This document shows positions 37,697-46,720 of a DNA stretch of 58,515 nucleotides, one piece after another. The DNA is from a virus. Lineage: Duplodnaviria; Caudoviricetes. The stretch covers positions 1 to 58,515 of IMG/VR virus record IMGVR_UViG_3300022208_000278; one strand, written 5' to 3'. The translations under genes were made by a program, and so were the position numbers. The notes under the pieces were generated by a model, which ran no database searches, had not been told where the DNA came from, and was given only the letters and a program-made list of their open reading frames with translations. The stretch's first letter is position 1. The number at the start of each line of letters is the position of its first letter.

Positions 37697-39004
37697 TTAC
37701 ACGCATTCTGGGTACAATTCAGACTCCGATGGAGTCCTGCGCGGGGTTGTGTGTGCAACAGCCATCAATCCTATTGCATCTGCGCCGTGGCTAGACCAAT
37801 CGTGGTTTGGCCCAAGCCCCACGTTTCTCACCTCATCGCGCTTCTCGTGATACCAGCCCAGCGCGTCTAGCCCAGCAGAGCATCTTCCCTCATCAAACCA
37901 CATAGAGGAAAATAGCCTGCGTGTCTCTTCAATCCTCGCCTTTGCAGCACCCTTACCTTGGTTTGGCACCACTGTAACCGTGTAACCTGCCTGTCTTAGC
38001 GCACTCTCATATGAGACATCATGAACCTTATCTTGCGTAGCCCCGTCGTGCGGGAGCCATATTTGAGCCTTGCTTGGACTGTACCCACGCTCTCTCATCC
38101 ACGTCACATGTGCTGATAGGGGCTGCCCTACCGACTCGTAGTAGTCGATCACCCTTATCTCAGTACCAATGAACTGTGCCGCCCACATCGCAAATGCATC
38201 AGCTCTCGCCCCTGTCCCGCCAATATCGCAGAACAGGCGTATGGTCATCAATGGATCAGGCTCCACCTTTCCTATCCTGCGGTCTTTTCTGGCTTCCAGT
38301 AGGTGTCTGGCGTAGTAAGCGCCCTCAACAACACTCACATACGCACCTTCCCAGATGTAATCGTACTGGTCTGGGCGCTCTCTAATGTCTCTCTGCCGGT
38401 CACGCTCCAGCTTGTCAGGGAACTTCGGATTGTCTCTCCAGTTAAGCTCAACCAGCTTGTATCTGGTGTCCTTTGAGTGCCTGAATCTCGATTCTACCGC
38501 AGCAGTCTTGCGCTTCGGGTTCCACGTTACCCACAATTCAGCGTTCCAACCAACCCCCTCTTCGCGTAGGGTAGGGATCAGAACCGTCCACGCCTCATCA
38601 GTAACCGGCTCGGCTTCGTCCACCCAGCCAACCAAAATTCGACCTTTTGACTTGATAGAGCCAATATTCCTATCCAAACCGGCGAATACAAACACTATCC
38701 GACCATCTCTGGATTTGATGTACTTGTCGCCAATATCGTAATAATCAGCGAGGAATGGCTCTTCCTCTATGGCTCTCTTGCACTCCTCTAAGGAACTATC
38801 CTCAAGCGAGTTCATGAACTGGCGTGCGCAAAGCAGTATTCCGCTCTCTCCAGCATTCCCGAACATATAGCCACGCACAGCCATCATCTTGGCGAAGCTG
38901 CGGGTCTTGCCTGATCCGCGACCACCCCACGCGCCCCTTACATCAGCCTCCCCAGCAAATACCGGGATTAGCTTGTTCGGTAATTTAATCTGTACGGCTG
39001 TCAT
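37697..39004 (-). CDS. terL: terminase large subunit (PBSX family)
   Basis: Walker A GGRGSGKT, Walker B WVDEAE, nuclease HDWSSHGADA. Confidence 0.95.
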   Translation of the reverse strand: MTAVQIKLPNKLIPVFAGEADVRGAWGGRGSGKTRSFAKMMAVRGYMFGNAGESGILLCARQFMNSLEDSSLEECKRAIEEEPFLADYYDIGDKYIKSRDGRIVFVFAGLDRNIGSIKSKGRILVGWVDEAEPVTDEAWTVLIPTLREEGVGWNAELWVTWNPKRKTAAVESRFRHSKDTRYKLVELNWRDNPKFPDKLERDRQRDIRERPDQYDYIWEGAYVSVVEGAYYARHLLEARKDRRIGKVEPDPLMTIRLFCDIGGTGARADAFAMWAAQFIGTEIRVIDYYESVGQPLSAHVTWMRERGYSPSKAQIWLPHDGATQDKVHDVSYESALRQAGYTVTVVPNQGKGAAKARIEETRRLFSSMWFDEGRCSAGLDALGWYHEKRDEVRNVGLGPNHDWSSHGADAIGLMAVAHTTPRRTPSESELYPECV

Positions 39005-39488
39005 CCGCTAATGGAATAAGCTCGATTCGGGATATTTTGATTGCGCCACCATTCTTGCCGGTAAGCTCCGTCTTAGTCTTGTCCGTGTACTCGTCTGGGA
39101 ACCGTGCAGACATGGACTTAGACCATGCTGTTGCTTGGAATGTCCCTCCACCCGGGGGAATCACCAGATTGTTTTGCGCCTGCGTCTCCCACCAGTCCTG
39201 CGAATACTGCCTCGCCTGTGTGAGCGCATCCATAAATTCCGTATGCTCTTCCGCCCACAACAGCATTGTGGTCTTTACCACTTCCAAAGCGCACGCCATC
39301 TGGATGGTGCTCTTACCTAATTTCCCAAGCTCTATTACTTGAGCGCAGTACTCTGGCTTATACTTAGATGGTGCGCCTACCCCGGCGTAGTCATCAGGGC
39401 GTTCTTCACGGGGCATCTTTGGGTTTTTAAGCAGGCCTTTACCATCTTTGGCTGCTTTCACCTTTACTGATTTTGATTTTGCGCTCAT
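38985..39488 (-). CDS. terS: terminase small subunit
   Basis: GAPSKYKPEYC...; ELTGKNGGAI C-terminal motif; overlaps terL. Confidence 0.85.
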   Translation of the reverse strand: MSAKSKSVKVKAAKDGKGLLKNPKMPREERPDDYAGVGAPSKYKPEYCAQVIELGKLGKSTIQMACALEVVKTTMLLWAEEHTEFMDALTQARQYSQDWWETQAQNNLVIPPGGGTFQATAWSKSMSARFPDEYTDKTKTELTGKNGGAIKISRIELIPLADDSRTD

Positions 39489-39904
39489 GACCCGCCTGCA
39501 TATACTGTAACAGTTGAGCCTGCTATATTGGCAGAAGAGGCGATTACCTTAACCTCGTAGGTGCCGCTTACCTCCAGCCTTACCCACCCAGACGCACCAG
39601 CAGCCAATGTGGTCAGGTCGGACTCGTCAGAGCCAATCATAATTCCGGCAGGGGATGTATAGTCTGTCGCTATTGAGTAATCTGTAACAAATGGTGCATT
39701 GGGGTGACACTTGGATTGAATTGTGAATGCGTCCAATGCTTGCCCGGTTGCTGTCACTTGGATGAACAGCACTTTAATTCCACGCACCATCAGGTGGAGT
39801 ATCTCGGTGGTGCCGGCTTGGGCGACCGATACGCTTTCTTCCGCCTCTATCAGGTGTATTCCACCTACTGATTGCGCGGTTACGAGTGTGACCATGATTA
39901 ACAC
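39485..39904 (-). CDS. hypothetical protein
   Basis: First gene of late operon, coupled to terS. Confidence 0.6.
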   Translation of the reverse strand: MLIMVTLVTAQSVGGIHLIEAEESVSVAQAGTTEILHLMVRGIKVLFIQVTATGQALDAFTIQSKCHPNAPFVTDYSIATDYTSPAGIMIGSDESDLTTLAAGASGWVRLEVSGTYEVKVIASSANIAGSTVTVYAGGS

Positions 39905-39919
39905 CTTTGGATTTGTTGG

Positions 39920-39948
39920 AAAAAAAATACCCGCACTAGGCGGGGTAA
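39920..39948 (-). terminator. terminator just downstream of late promoter (tR'-like)
   Basis: TACCCCGC...GCGGGTA + T7 on - strand. Confidence 0.6.
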
Positions 39949-40083
39949 TTGGCTGAGTGAACCGCCGGGAGGACTACATGAATCTGTGTTACGCGAATTG
40001 CGGAGACGGCTTCACACCAAATGACTCGTGAGTTTGCCGCAATATTCTCCTCACGCTGTGCGGTACTACTGTTACTTTACGCG

Positions 40084-40112
40084 AGTCTAACCAGTTTGTT
40101 TTTGGTTGTCAA
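40084..40112 (-). promoter_or_regulatory. sigma70 promoter facing packaging genes (pR'-like)
   Basis: TTGACA-17nt-TAGACT on - strand. Confidence 0.6.
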
Positions 40113-40124
40113 TTTATTTTTCTC

Positions 40125-40190
40125 CTTTAGGTGTAAAACTGCCTTCGCAGGGTGTTATACGCCTGCGAAGGTGCCTATATCATGTTGGGC
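40125..40190 (+). other. attI-like recombination site C
   Basis: CTTTAGGTGTAAAACTGCCTTCGCAGGGTGTTATACGCCTGCGAAGGTGCCTATATCATG|TTGGGC. Confidence 0.7.
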
Positions 40191-40191
40191 G

Positions 40192-40371
40192 TCATTGCAG
40201 CCACGCGAAAGACCAATTCCCGATTTCAATGTGTTTCTTGAAACCGTTCCTCTCGCTAAACGTGAGGCGGCTTTTACGCAGGTCTTTCCAGCCAAAGCCT
40301 CGCCCGAACAACCTGAACCACCCGCCATCACGGGTAAAGTATCCGTGTAAAAATTTTAATTTAATCACCAT
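40192..40371 (-). CDS. cassette hypothetical protein
   Basis: acGGAGa RBS; fills first cassette. Confidence 0.7.
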   Translation of the reverse strand: MVIKLKFLHGYFTRDGGWFRLFGRGFGWKDLRKSRLTFSERNGFKKHIEIGNWSFAWLQ

Positions 40372-40459
40372 TCCAGTTCTCCGTTGAAAGTTGACGCACA
40401 ACCCTACGTTCGAGCGGACGCTGGTAAAGCGTCGCGCCCCTCAACTACTTGTTGTGCGC

Positions 40460-40642
40460 CTATCCGCATGGTGGCTCACCAGCAAGCATATCTCCCGAAT
40501 TGAACTCTTCGCGCTTCTGATTTCGTGCAACATCGGCGAGTCGCATCAAAGCCGTTTCCATCTCTTTTGGGGTGTGTTGCTCAGTATCCCTTGCAAGTTT
40601 CAGTAGGTTTTTCCTGAAATACTCTGTATCTAATCCGTCCAT
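40460..40642 (-). CDS. cassette hypothetical protein
   Basis: acGGAGG RBS. Confidence 0.7.
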   Translation of the reverse strand: MDGLDTEYFRKNLLKLARDTEQHTPKEMETALMRLADVARNQKREEFNSGDMLAGEPPCG

Positions 40643-40710
40643 ATATACCTCCGTTGAAAATTGACGTACAACCCTACGTTCTAGCGGGACTGCGCAGAAG
40701 CGCGCAGCCC

Positions 40711-41055
40711 CTAAACTACATCGTTCTGCCCCAACCTTTTCAAAGTTGCTTCTGCTTCGTCGCTACGTTTTGTAAAGTCATCGCTCCATGCTTTAGCTTC
40801 ATTTCGCAGCGACTCAATATGACGATAAGCAGTGTGTCTTTTGTCTGTTTTATTTTTTGTCAGTTCAGCATCACATTTATTGCAGTAATACCCGTCTCCA
40901 CTTCCACTAAAATTAATCGCGTGCTTGTATTCCTTTCCCTCTGTCTTCCGACACTCGTAGCAATGCTCCGTCCCACAGCTTAGGCATTTGGTAACGTAGC
41001 CTTGTTCATCGCATGAATCACAGCAATCAGCTTCTATTTGAACAGTCTTTTTCAT
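40711..41055 (-). CDS. cassette Cys-rich (Zn-finger) protein
   Basis: Four CxxC motifs; GGAG RBS. Confidence 0.75.
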   Translation of the reverse strand: MKKTVQIEADCCDSCDEQGYVTKCLSCGTEHCYECRKTEGKEYKHAINFSGSGDGYYCNKCDAELTKNKTDKRHTAYRHIESLRNEAKAWSDDFTKRSDEAEATLKRLGQNDVV

Positions 41056-41143
41056 TTTTCTCTCCGGTTAAAAGAGGGGCAGAACCCCTCGCTCATGCGG
41101 GACGCTGCAAAAGCGCAGCGCCCCATAGCTCAATCGTTGGGCA

Positions 41144-41350
41144 CTACCAATTTTCACATCCACATACAGGACATTTTGTTACTTGGCACTCAACATATTG
41201 CCCGTCTATCGTATCGCAACTTGTGTACCAAGATTCTTCCGTGTACTCGTAAGTATCTCCACATGCGTAGCATTCTCGTCCAGTGCCCAACCCGTCATTC
41301 AACGAGGACAGGCCGATAAGTGACTCGTTTTGTTGTTCAGTGGAACTCAT
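41144..41350 (-). CDS. cassette Zn-ribbon protein with attC-encoded leader
   Basis: CYACG...CPVCG; RBS/ATG in attC 41285-41409. Confidence 0.7.
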   Translation of the reverse strand: MSSTEQQNESLIGLSSLNDGLGTGRECYACGDTYEYTEESWYTSCDTIDGQYVECQVTKCPVCGCENW

Positions 41351-41403
41351 AGTTTTAATCTCCGTTTGGCTTGCCGCTATCGGCCTGCCTGTTAATTTGA
41401 ATG

Positions 41404-41604
41404 TTATGTGTCTAAAATAATTGCGCCCAAATAAACAAGCGTAGCTATAACGCTTATGGCTAACATTACAAGCATAAAAATCGGCATGTCATATACAAAC
41501 ATTACTAACGTGGCTGGCACAAATAGAACAATATCGGCCAAAAATATATATTTAATTTTATCCCATATCTTGCATGGCAAATCACATAACAAATCATTCA
41601 ACAT
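41404..41604 (-). CDS. cassette membrane protein (2 TM)
   Basis: ATG inside attC 41584-41657; TAA in R box. Confidence 0.65.
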   Translation of the reverse strand: MLNDLLCDLPCKIWDKIKYIFLADIVLFVPATLVMFVYDMPIFMLVMLAISVIATLVYLGAIILDT

Positions 41605-41857
41605 CGCTCGTTCCTCGCTTGGGCGCCATTCCGGCGCCAGTTAATTTGTCGTTAGGCATTCTGCCTTTTAGTTCGGCGTTCTCGGCAATAATATCTGCTA
41701 TCAGGATACCCAGTTTTGTCGCCCATAATCTAGGCCCGTCAGAACTCCATTCCGCAAGTGGGGCGCGCGGCTCATCATTGATATTTAATCCGGCCATTTT
41801 TAGTAATTCTTCCAAATCCGAAACGCGCTTATCATTTTTCTCGATAATATTCATCAT
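41594..41857 (-). CDS. cassette hypothetical protein
   Basis: GGAGAGG RBS; tail read through attC. Confidence 0.7.
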   Translation of the reverse strand: MMNIIEKNDKRVSDLEELLKMAGLNINDEPRAPLAEWSSDGPRLWATKLGILIADIIAENAELKGRMPNDKLTGAGMAPKRGTSDVE

Positions 41858-41932
41858 TCACCTCTCCGTTGTAAAACCGTGCCTAACCCGGCATTCAAGG
41901 CGGACTGCTTCGCAGCCGCTTAATTTGAATCG

Positions 41933-42136
41933 TTAGGCACTCTCGTTTAATTCGCCAGTTGTGAGCAGCGTCATCGTGTCCAAATCAACACCTAAAAGTT
42001 CTCTGGCAAATGCCCGCCGGAATGCGTCGTCGTCGCCAGTGCTCACATCCACGCTGATCGTGATTTCCAAATCATCGCGCAAGCCATATATGGCACGCTT
42101 TAAGTCTATTACCTTCACGCCTAACCCTCCGCTCAA
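41933..42136 (-). CDS. cassette hypothetical protein (start uncertain)
   Basis: Fills cassette 41932-42125; TAA in R box. Confidence 0.6.
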   Translation of the reverse strand: MSGGLGVKVIDLKRAIYGLRDDLEITISVDVSTGDDDAFRRAFARELLGVDLDTMTLLTTGELNESA

Positions 42137-42189
42137 GTTCGTTCCGACCTTCGGCCTCCACGGGACTGCGCTAAAGCGCAGCCCCTTAG

Positions 42190-42459
42190 CTATGCGTTAG
42201 CCAACCGTATATGCTCGTGCGCCAGCTTCGCAAAGACAAAAAAGAGAAACGCGGCGAAGAGGGTAACACCGTCCAAGTGCATTGCTCCGTAAGTGCCGAA
42301 CGACATTCCGCACCCGGTCAGCATCCCGTAGATAAAACTGCTCCCGCATACCACTCTCGGCCTGAAATCAAGGAGCGGGAAGTTGGCTAACCCTCCGCTC
42401 AACCCAGACCGCCCATCGGCGTGTTTGTTTTCGATCACTGGTTCTTGCTCTTTCATCAC
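42190..42459 (-). CDS. cassette membrane protein with attC-encoded leader
   Basis: AAGGA + start in attC 42385-42507; 2 TM. Confidence 0.65.
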   Translation of the reverse strand: MMKEQEPVIENKHADGRSGLSGGLANFPLLDFRPRVVCGSSFIYGMLTGCGMSFGTYGAMHLDGVTLFAAFLFFVFAKLAHEHIRLANA

Positions 42460-42501
42460 TTCGTCCTTTCGCTTGGTGTCGGGCGGCTGGTTAGCTGCAT
42501 G

Positions 42502-42726
42502 TTATGCACCATCGCGCACGAAATACGCGCAGTGCTCTTTCAGTTCAGCCTTGCGCGAGATATGTCCGCCGCAAGGCTCTGGTGCGCTTCGGCCGATCCA
42601 GTACATCGAAGCCGGTAGTTGCGGCATCTTCCACTGGTATTTGCAGCGGCCATCACCGGATGGGTGGAGCCTTCCAGCCTCGGTGCGGTTCCAGTCGGCG
42701 TGTTTGCAGTTCAAGCAGCTTTTCAT
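42502..42726 (-). CDS. cassette Cys-rich protein (MKSCLNCKHADW...GRLHPSGDGRC)
   Basis: AGGAGG RBS; TAA in R box. Confidence 0.75.
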   Translation of the reverse strand: MKSCLNCKHADWNRTEAGRLHPSGDGRCKYQWKMPQLPASMYWIGRSAPEPCGGHISRKAELKEHCAYFVRDGA

Positions 42727-42802
42727 TTATCAACCTCCTGTTGCATAACTGTGCTTTCGAGCGGGACGGCTTCGCCGCCCCTCAAAGCGGCGTTAGCCGC
42801 CT

Positions 42803-43159
42803 TCATCGTTTCCCAGCTTCGAGAATTGGGATATTCGCTTCTGTTGGGACATAAATAATCTGTGAAATTTTTCCCTCTTTCAACGCTTCTGCAAAAGCAC
42901 CAATGAATTCTTGGTTTCGATACTCTGGGTATTTATGTGCAGCTTCTCCCATGATCTCTATGGCAGCAGCGCGTTCCTTGGCTGCCTCAAGTTCAGCCCT
43001 TGCCTGGGTAACTAATATTTGCCGTGTTTGGTCTGCTTTTGCCAAGTCGGCCTTGCCTGACATTTCCTGCTGCCACACTCCATACATAGGTAATCCAAAC
43101 ATCAATGAAAATACAAACACCAGTGTTGCGCTTACGCAACCAAATATCCATCCAAACAT
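42803..43159 (-). CDS. cassette phage membrane protein (TM + coiled coil, ...IIYVPTEANIPILEAG)
   Basis: AAGGAG RBS; resembles SPFH/band-7 C-terminal-like phage membrane proteins. Confidence 0.75.
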   Translation of the reverse strand: MFGWIFGCVSATLVFVFSLMFGLPMYGVWQQEMSGKADLAKADQTRQILVTQARAELEAAKERAAAIEIMGEAAHKYPEYRNQEFIGAFAEALKEGKISQIIYVPTEANIPILEAGKR

Positions 43160-43255
43160 TTCGATCTCCTTTTCACTTGCCGCGCTTTACAAAGGTAGGC
43201 GGCTAACCCGTCAATCCACAGGACGCCAGCGATAAAGCCGCTGTCGCCTGTGATT

Positions 43256-43555
43256 TCATGCGTTAGAGGACAGCAGCTTTTGCACCGCAGCCCCCGCCAC
43301 TTCTCCAAACGTGTCAGCTATCCACCGTTCGCGCGCCTCGGCCTTTGTCTTAAATCCGCAGGTTGTGCAGTCCGGTGCATCGTCCGTGGTGTATCCATAC
43401 CGCCCACCCCAGCCGGGGCCACACAGCACAATCTTGCACCCTCCAAGGTCTGCAAACTGTTTCAGGTTCATTCCAGTCCATCCTCTAACACGGCGGTCAA
43501 CAAGGACAGGCCGATAAGTGATTTCTTTCCAAAGTTGCGTGTGTTCATGGTTCAT
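43256..43555 (-). CDS. cassette hypothetical protein with attC-encoded leader
   Basis: AAGGAG + ATG in attC 43483-43605; alternative internal start MNLKQF. Confidence 0.65.
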   Translation of the reverse strand: MNHEHTQLWKEITYRPVLVDRRVRGWTGMNLKQFADLGGCKIVLCGPGWGGRYGYTTDDAPDCTTCGFKTKAEARERWIADTFGEVAGAAVQKLLSSNA

Positions 43556-43606
43556 TTCTCCTTTAAAGTTTTTCGGTCGGCCTGCCCGTTACCTTGCCGT
43601 TGGGGG

Positions 43607-43879
43607 TCACTCTACCCACGTTGTTGCCAACTCATAAACAGTCACAGGGTATGACGCATTTTCAAAACATTTTCCCATATGCATGACTCGCCCATCTGCA
43701 TCAAGCGTGATGTAAAAACCTTTGCGCACCCCGCAGTTTGCATAACGACTTTGAGCCTTGTTTACCCAGTCCTGTTTGCAATGGAAACTGAAAAGCTCAC
43801 GTTTCACCCACAACCTAACATTCAACGCGGACTGCGCCGAAGCGGACTCGTTTACATTCTCTGGCTTCTGTTCATTCAT
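43607..43879 (-). CDS. cassette hypothetical protein with attC-encoded leader
   Basis: AAGGAG + ATG in attC 43808-43930. Confidence 0.7.
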   Translation of the reverse strand: MNEQKPENVNESASAQSALNVRLWVKRELFSFHCKQDWVNKAQSRYANCGVRKGFYITLDADGRVMHMGKCFENASYPVTVYELATTWVE

Positions 43880-44148
43880 TTCTTCGTTACTCCTTTCGAG
43901 TCGGCGCAGCCGGTTAATTTAACGTTGGGCATCAATCCATGCTGCACAAACAGAGCCTTATCCTCTGCATCAGCAGCGCACGCATTTCCGCCTTGCGCAT
44001 AGAGGCTTCGCACCGCAGTTGTCAAATGGCCTTCTTCTCTCAGTAAGGCAGCCACGGCACAGTAATATCCTCGCTCCCATTCGCTGCCCAACCCGGCGTT
44101 CGAGCGGGAGCGCGCAAAAGCGTGATTCTGTGTTTTCTGTTCGGTCAT
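43876..44148 (-). CDS. cassette hypothetical protein with attC leader and tail
   Basis: ATG in attC 44086-44176; stop overlaps next ATG. Confidence 0.65.
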   Translation of the reverse strand: MTEQKTQNHAFARSRSNAGLGSEWERGYYCAVAALLREEGHLTTAVRSLYAQGGNACAADAEDKALFVQHGLMPNVKLTGCADSKGVTKK

Positions 44149-44163
44149 AGTGCGCCCGCTCAA

Positions 44164-44376
44164 CTACACGTTCGACACCTCAGCCAGTGTTTTGCCGCAA
44201 AATGGGCAGTAGTTCATCCCATTGCCGATCGGCCCTCCATCCGTGAAGCACCAGCCCTCACCGCAAGTCGTCCACCAGTTTCCATCTTCGTCATCATTCC
44301 ACACGCAGGTGCCGAACCCTCCGCTCGTGCGGGTCTGCGCGCCAGCAGGTGTAATTTCTTCACGATGTTTAAGCAT
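44164..44376 (-). CDS. cassette Zn-ribbon protein (TCGEGW...YCPFCGK)
   Basis: Typical phage Zn-ribbon motif; acGGAGa RBS. Confidence 0.75.
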   Translation of the reverse strand: MLKHREEITPAGAQTRTSGGFGTCVWNDDEDGNWWTTCGEGWCFTDGGPIGNGMNYCPFCGKTLAEVSNV

Positions 44377-44393
44377 GGTTCAATTCTCCGTAG

Positions 44394-44612
44394 TTACCAG
44401 CCGTCGGTTACGCCAGCGTTGGGCGACCCTCTGTGTTTGATTAATTCTGAGAATAAAGACAGGGGTATTTCTTTCCAAACCCAATCCTCGACATTCTCCC
44501 AGTCACATTCAATAGCCCAATAATATTTGCCATGAGCTTCTAAAATATACAAAGACCCCCTATAATTACTTATGTCTATCTTAATTCTTGCTGCCAATTC
44601 TTCTGGGGCCAT
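44394..44612 (-). CDS. hypothetical protein at distal junction of array C
   Basis: GAGGTG RBS; ends PNAGVTDGW across GTTGGGC. Confidence 0.65.
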   Translation of the reverse strand: MAPEELAARIKIDISNYRGSLYILEAHGKYYWAIECDWENVEDWVWKEIPLSLFSELIKHRGSPNAGVTDGW

Positions 44613-44940
44613 AGTTCACCTCGCTGTTTAAAAATTTGTGCGTTAAATTAGGCTTAACTTTCCGCTCCAGTGCGACGGGCAAAAAGCCGCCCTGAACCAA
44701 TAATTTTCTGGTTGCGCCAGAATCCAATCCAATCAAATCACAGTATATGTCAAACAACTTGTGTTTAAAAAACATAATAGCCGCCTGTCGGTGAGCCTTT
44801 TGGCGCAAGTCGATTATCGCACCGCCGATAATCGCTAAAATTAAATTATGCTCCGGGAGTATGTCGTCGGACATCATTTCCATGTTCCGTTTGATAACCT
44901 TCATCATTTGCTGTGGTGGACATTTTGATTTTTCGATCAT
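44581..44940 (-). CDS. hypothetical protein
   Basis: GAGG RBS; 119 aa. Confidence 0.65.
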   Translation of the reverse strand: MIEKSKCPPQQMMKVIKRNMEMMSDDILPEHNLILAIIGGAIIDLRQKAHRQAAIMFFKHKLFDIYCDLIGLDSGATRKLLVQGGFLPVALERKVKPNLTHKFLNSEVNYGPRRIGSKN

Positions 44941-44957
44941 TTTTTAACCTCATTAAT

Positions 44958-45344
44958 TTAAGCCTCATCGACAAAACTTTCCGCTAGCCATCTAGCCTTA
45001 CATACCGCCGCACACCATCGTATAGGCTTTGAATTCAATCCTTGACTCTCTGGACAATCACCGATTGCAAACGCCATCTCTATGGCTTGCATACATTGTG
45101 ATTTATTTAGCTCAAGGCTACTTCCTCCAAGCATTATCATACTATGCTTACCTTCGCCGAGGTCAATTCCGGGCATTAGTCTCCATCCCAAAAAAGTTCC
45201 CGAAAGCATATGTCGCCAATCGTCCTTCGATAACTTGAATCCGTGCCACGATATTTGGCTTGCAAGATCGCCGCAGGCAGCATTAAGTATCTTTCTCTGC
45301 TGCTCGGTCAGCGCTTCCTTCCAGTGCTCTTGCTTGTCGGTCAT
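44958..45344 (-). CDS. ninB: NinB/Orf-family recombination protein
   Basis: DLASQISWHGFKLSKDDWRH...PGID...SSLELNK motifs. Confidence 0.75.
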   Translation of the reverse strand: MTDKQEHWKEALTEQQRKILNAACGDLASQISWHGFKLSKDDWRHMLSGTFLGWRLMPGIDLGEGKHSMIMLGGSSLELNKSQCMQAIEMAFAIGDCPESQGLNSKPIRWCAAVCKARWLAESFVDEA

Positions 45345-45368
45345 GGCGGTTTCAGTTTGTAGCGGCAA

Positions 45369-45551
45369 TCACAGTGATTTAACGTCCTGCACTACCGTTA
45401 CCGTATAGCCTAGCGCCTTGATTGCCTTTATTGCGGCATCCGTCAGCGTTGTGGTTCCAGAGATGGCGCAGAACAATTCTGCTTTGTCGCAGGCTGGGAA
45501 AATCCGCTGGTTCCCGAACTGACTCACGATCCTCACTTTGATTTCCATCAC
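45369..45551 (-). CDS. small phage protein
   Basis: 60 aa, coupled to neighbours. Confidence 0.65.
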   Translation of the reverse strand: MMEIKVRIVSQFGNQRIFPACDKAELFCAISGTTTLTDAAIKAIKALGYTVTVVQDVKSL

Positions 45552-45823
45552 ATCACCCGCACAGATACGGTTGATCCATACGACACGCGCCCAAGCCTTC
45601 CTTGTTCAAATGCCGCCGCTTCGCGCACTCTGCGCGCCAGTGATTCAGCCTCGCGCTTTGTATTGCATGGGCGAGGGTTCGCAAGTCCGGTGATTGGGTT
45701 AATTATGTGCTGGCCTTGAACCTGTTGCTTTGCGAATCGCACCGCATTCGACACTCCAAATTCCCAAGCAAAGTACATAGCTGCGGTTGCACGATCTGCG
45801 GTTACGATGTATTTTTTAGCCAT
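45548..45823 (-). CDS. hypothetical protein
   Basis: AGGAG RBS. Confidence 0.65.
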   Translation of the reverse strand: MAKKYIVTADRATAAMYFAWEFGVSNAVRFAKQQVQGQHIINPITGLANPRPCNTKREAESLARRVREAAAFEQGRLGRVSYGSTVSVRVM

Positions 45824-45864
45824 GATGTTCTCCTGTTGTTTATTGATTATTCCCACTGGTTCTC

Positions 45865-45894
45865 ATAATACAGGCGGTTAATTGAGCGTGTCAA
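45865..45894 (-). promoter_or_regulatory. sigma70 promoter pointing toward array C
   Basis: TTGACA-18nt-TATTAT. Confidence 0.55.
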
Positions 45895-45902
45895 GGATTA
45901 TT

Positions 45903-46511
45903 TCATTTATTTTTCATCTTCAACTCTTTCAGTTTTTGCTTATATTCAACAATCATTTCCCTGATGCGCTCTGTGCTGATGTGTGCCTCAGTCTTTGCTA
46001 GTGCCTCTAGGCGTATCACGGTCGCCTCGCCGTAGCGTTGAATCAATCCATCTCGGTATCCAGCATGATTACCTTTAAGCCATCTATTACAGTACTTTTT
46101 CTGTGCATTCACGTTCTCTTCGTCCCAGCGTGTCGCGTAGTGTCTGCGGCTGATGTAGTGCCCTGCCTCATATTTTCCACCCACCCATCCAACGCTTAGA
46201 TGCTTGCTACAACAGATACAAGGTTTGTCCTTGTCCCTGTATCGAACGTATGCCCCGAATACGCGGTCGAGTTCGTTGATGTAGTCATCGCGCCCCTTCA
46301 ACTTGTCCTTTGCGGCTTTCAGTTCCTTTCGCTCCCGCACCTCCCGCTTGACCTTAGATTTTTCAGCCGCCTTAGTCGCATAGGCCACCTTGCACTCGAA
46401 GTCATCACACACAGGCTGAATTGATCGCACCGGCTGGAATTTCTTACGACAGATTCGGCAAGGCTTCTGCTTGAACTTTACTTCGGATGGCTTCTGCTTG
46501 GGTATTTGCAT
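45903..46511 (-). CDS. ninG: NinG/Rap Holliday junction endonuclease
   Basis: YVRYRDKDKPCICC; AGHYISR...ATRWDEENVNAQ...CN. Confidence 0.9.
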   Translation of the reverse strand: MQIPKQKPSEVKFKQKPCRICRKKFQPVRSIQPVCDDFECKVAYATKAAEKSKVKREVRERKELKAAKDKLKGRDDYINELDRVFGAYVRYRDKDKPCICCSKHLSVGWVGGKYEAGHYISRRHYATRWDEENVNAQKKYCNRWLKGNHAGYRDGLIQRYGEATVIRLEALAKTEAHISTERIREMIVEYKQKLKELKMKNK

Positions 46512-46663
46512 TGCGTATCGCCTTTCACGTACCGGCCAATTTCCTCGGGACTACGTGCAGCCGCACAAGAGCAATATCCAAACTTAGCCATATCCTGATC
46601 TCCTTTGGATGTGCCGATGTGAGCATGGATGCAGTCTCGACAGATGATTTTTATTTCCATCAT
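46478..46663 (-). CDS. small Cys-rich protein
   Basis: ICRDCIH...GYCSC; overlaps ninG start. Confidence 0.5.
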   Translation of the reverse strand: MMEIKIICRDCIHAHIGTSKGDQDMAKFGYCSCAAARSPEEIGRYVKGDTQCKYPSRSHPK

Positions 46664-46684
46664 TTTTCAGGTGTGTTTTATGAA

Positions 46685-46720
46685 TTATACACCGATAAAG
46701 GGGTCTATTCTGCGTTAGGC
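46685..46720 (+). other. attI-like recombination site D (diverged)
   Basis: TTATACACC-gat-AAAGG-g-GTCTAT-tctgc-G|TTAGGC aligns without gaps to site A TTATACACC-tgc-AAAGG-t-GTCTAT-atcac-G|TTAGGC. Confidence 0.65.

Larger units (their letters stand above)
40125..44424 (+). mobile_element. Integron-like cassette array C (14 cassettes, ORFs on -, attC top strand on +)
   Basis: attI-like 40125-40190; attC-like 40396-40457, 40666-40729, 41079-41142, 41285-41409, 41584-41657, 41881-41938, 42119-42202, 42385-42507, 42743-42798, 43201-43268, 43483-43605, 43808-43930, 44086-44176; degenerate 44311-44424. Confidence 0.92.

Noticed and set aside
12239-39342. Numerous + strand ORFs within the structural region
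   Set aside because: They are antisense shadows of the long, tightly packed - strand virion genes and show no recognisable motifs.
40396-44176. REP/BIME elements or simple terminators between genes
   Set aside because: The hairpins lack U-tracts, have fixed AAC/GTT boxes with L-box asymmetry, and often contain start codons. No RAYT transposase is present.
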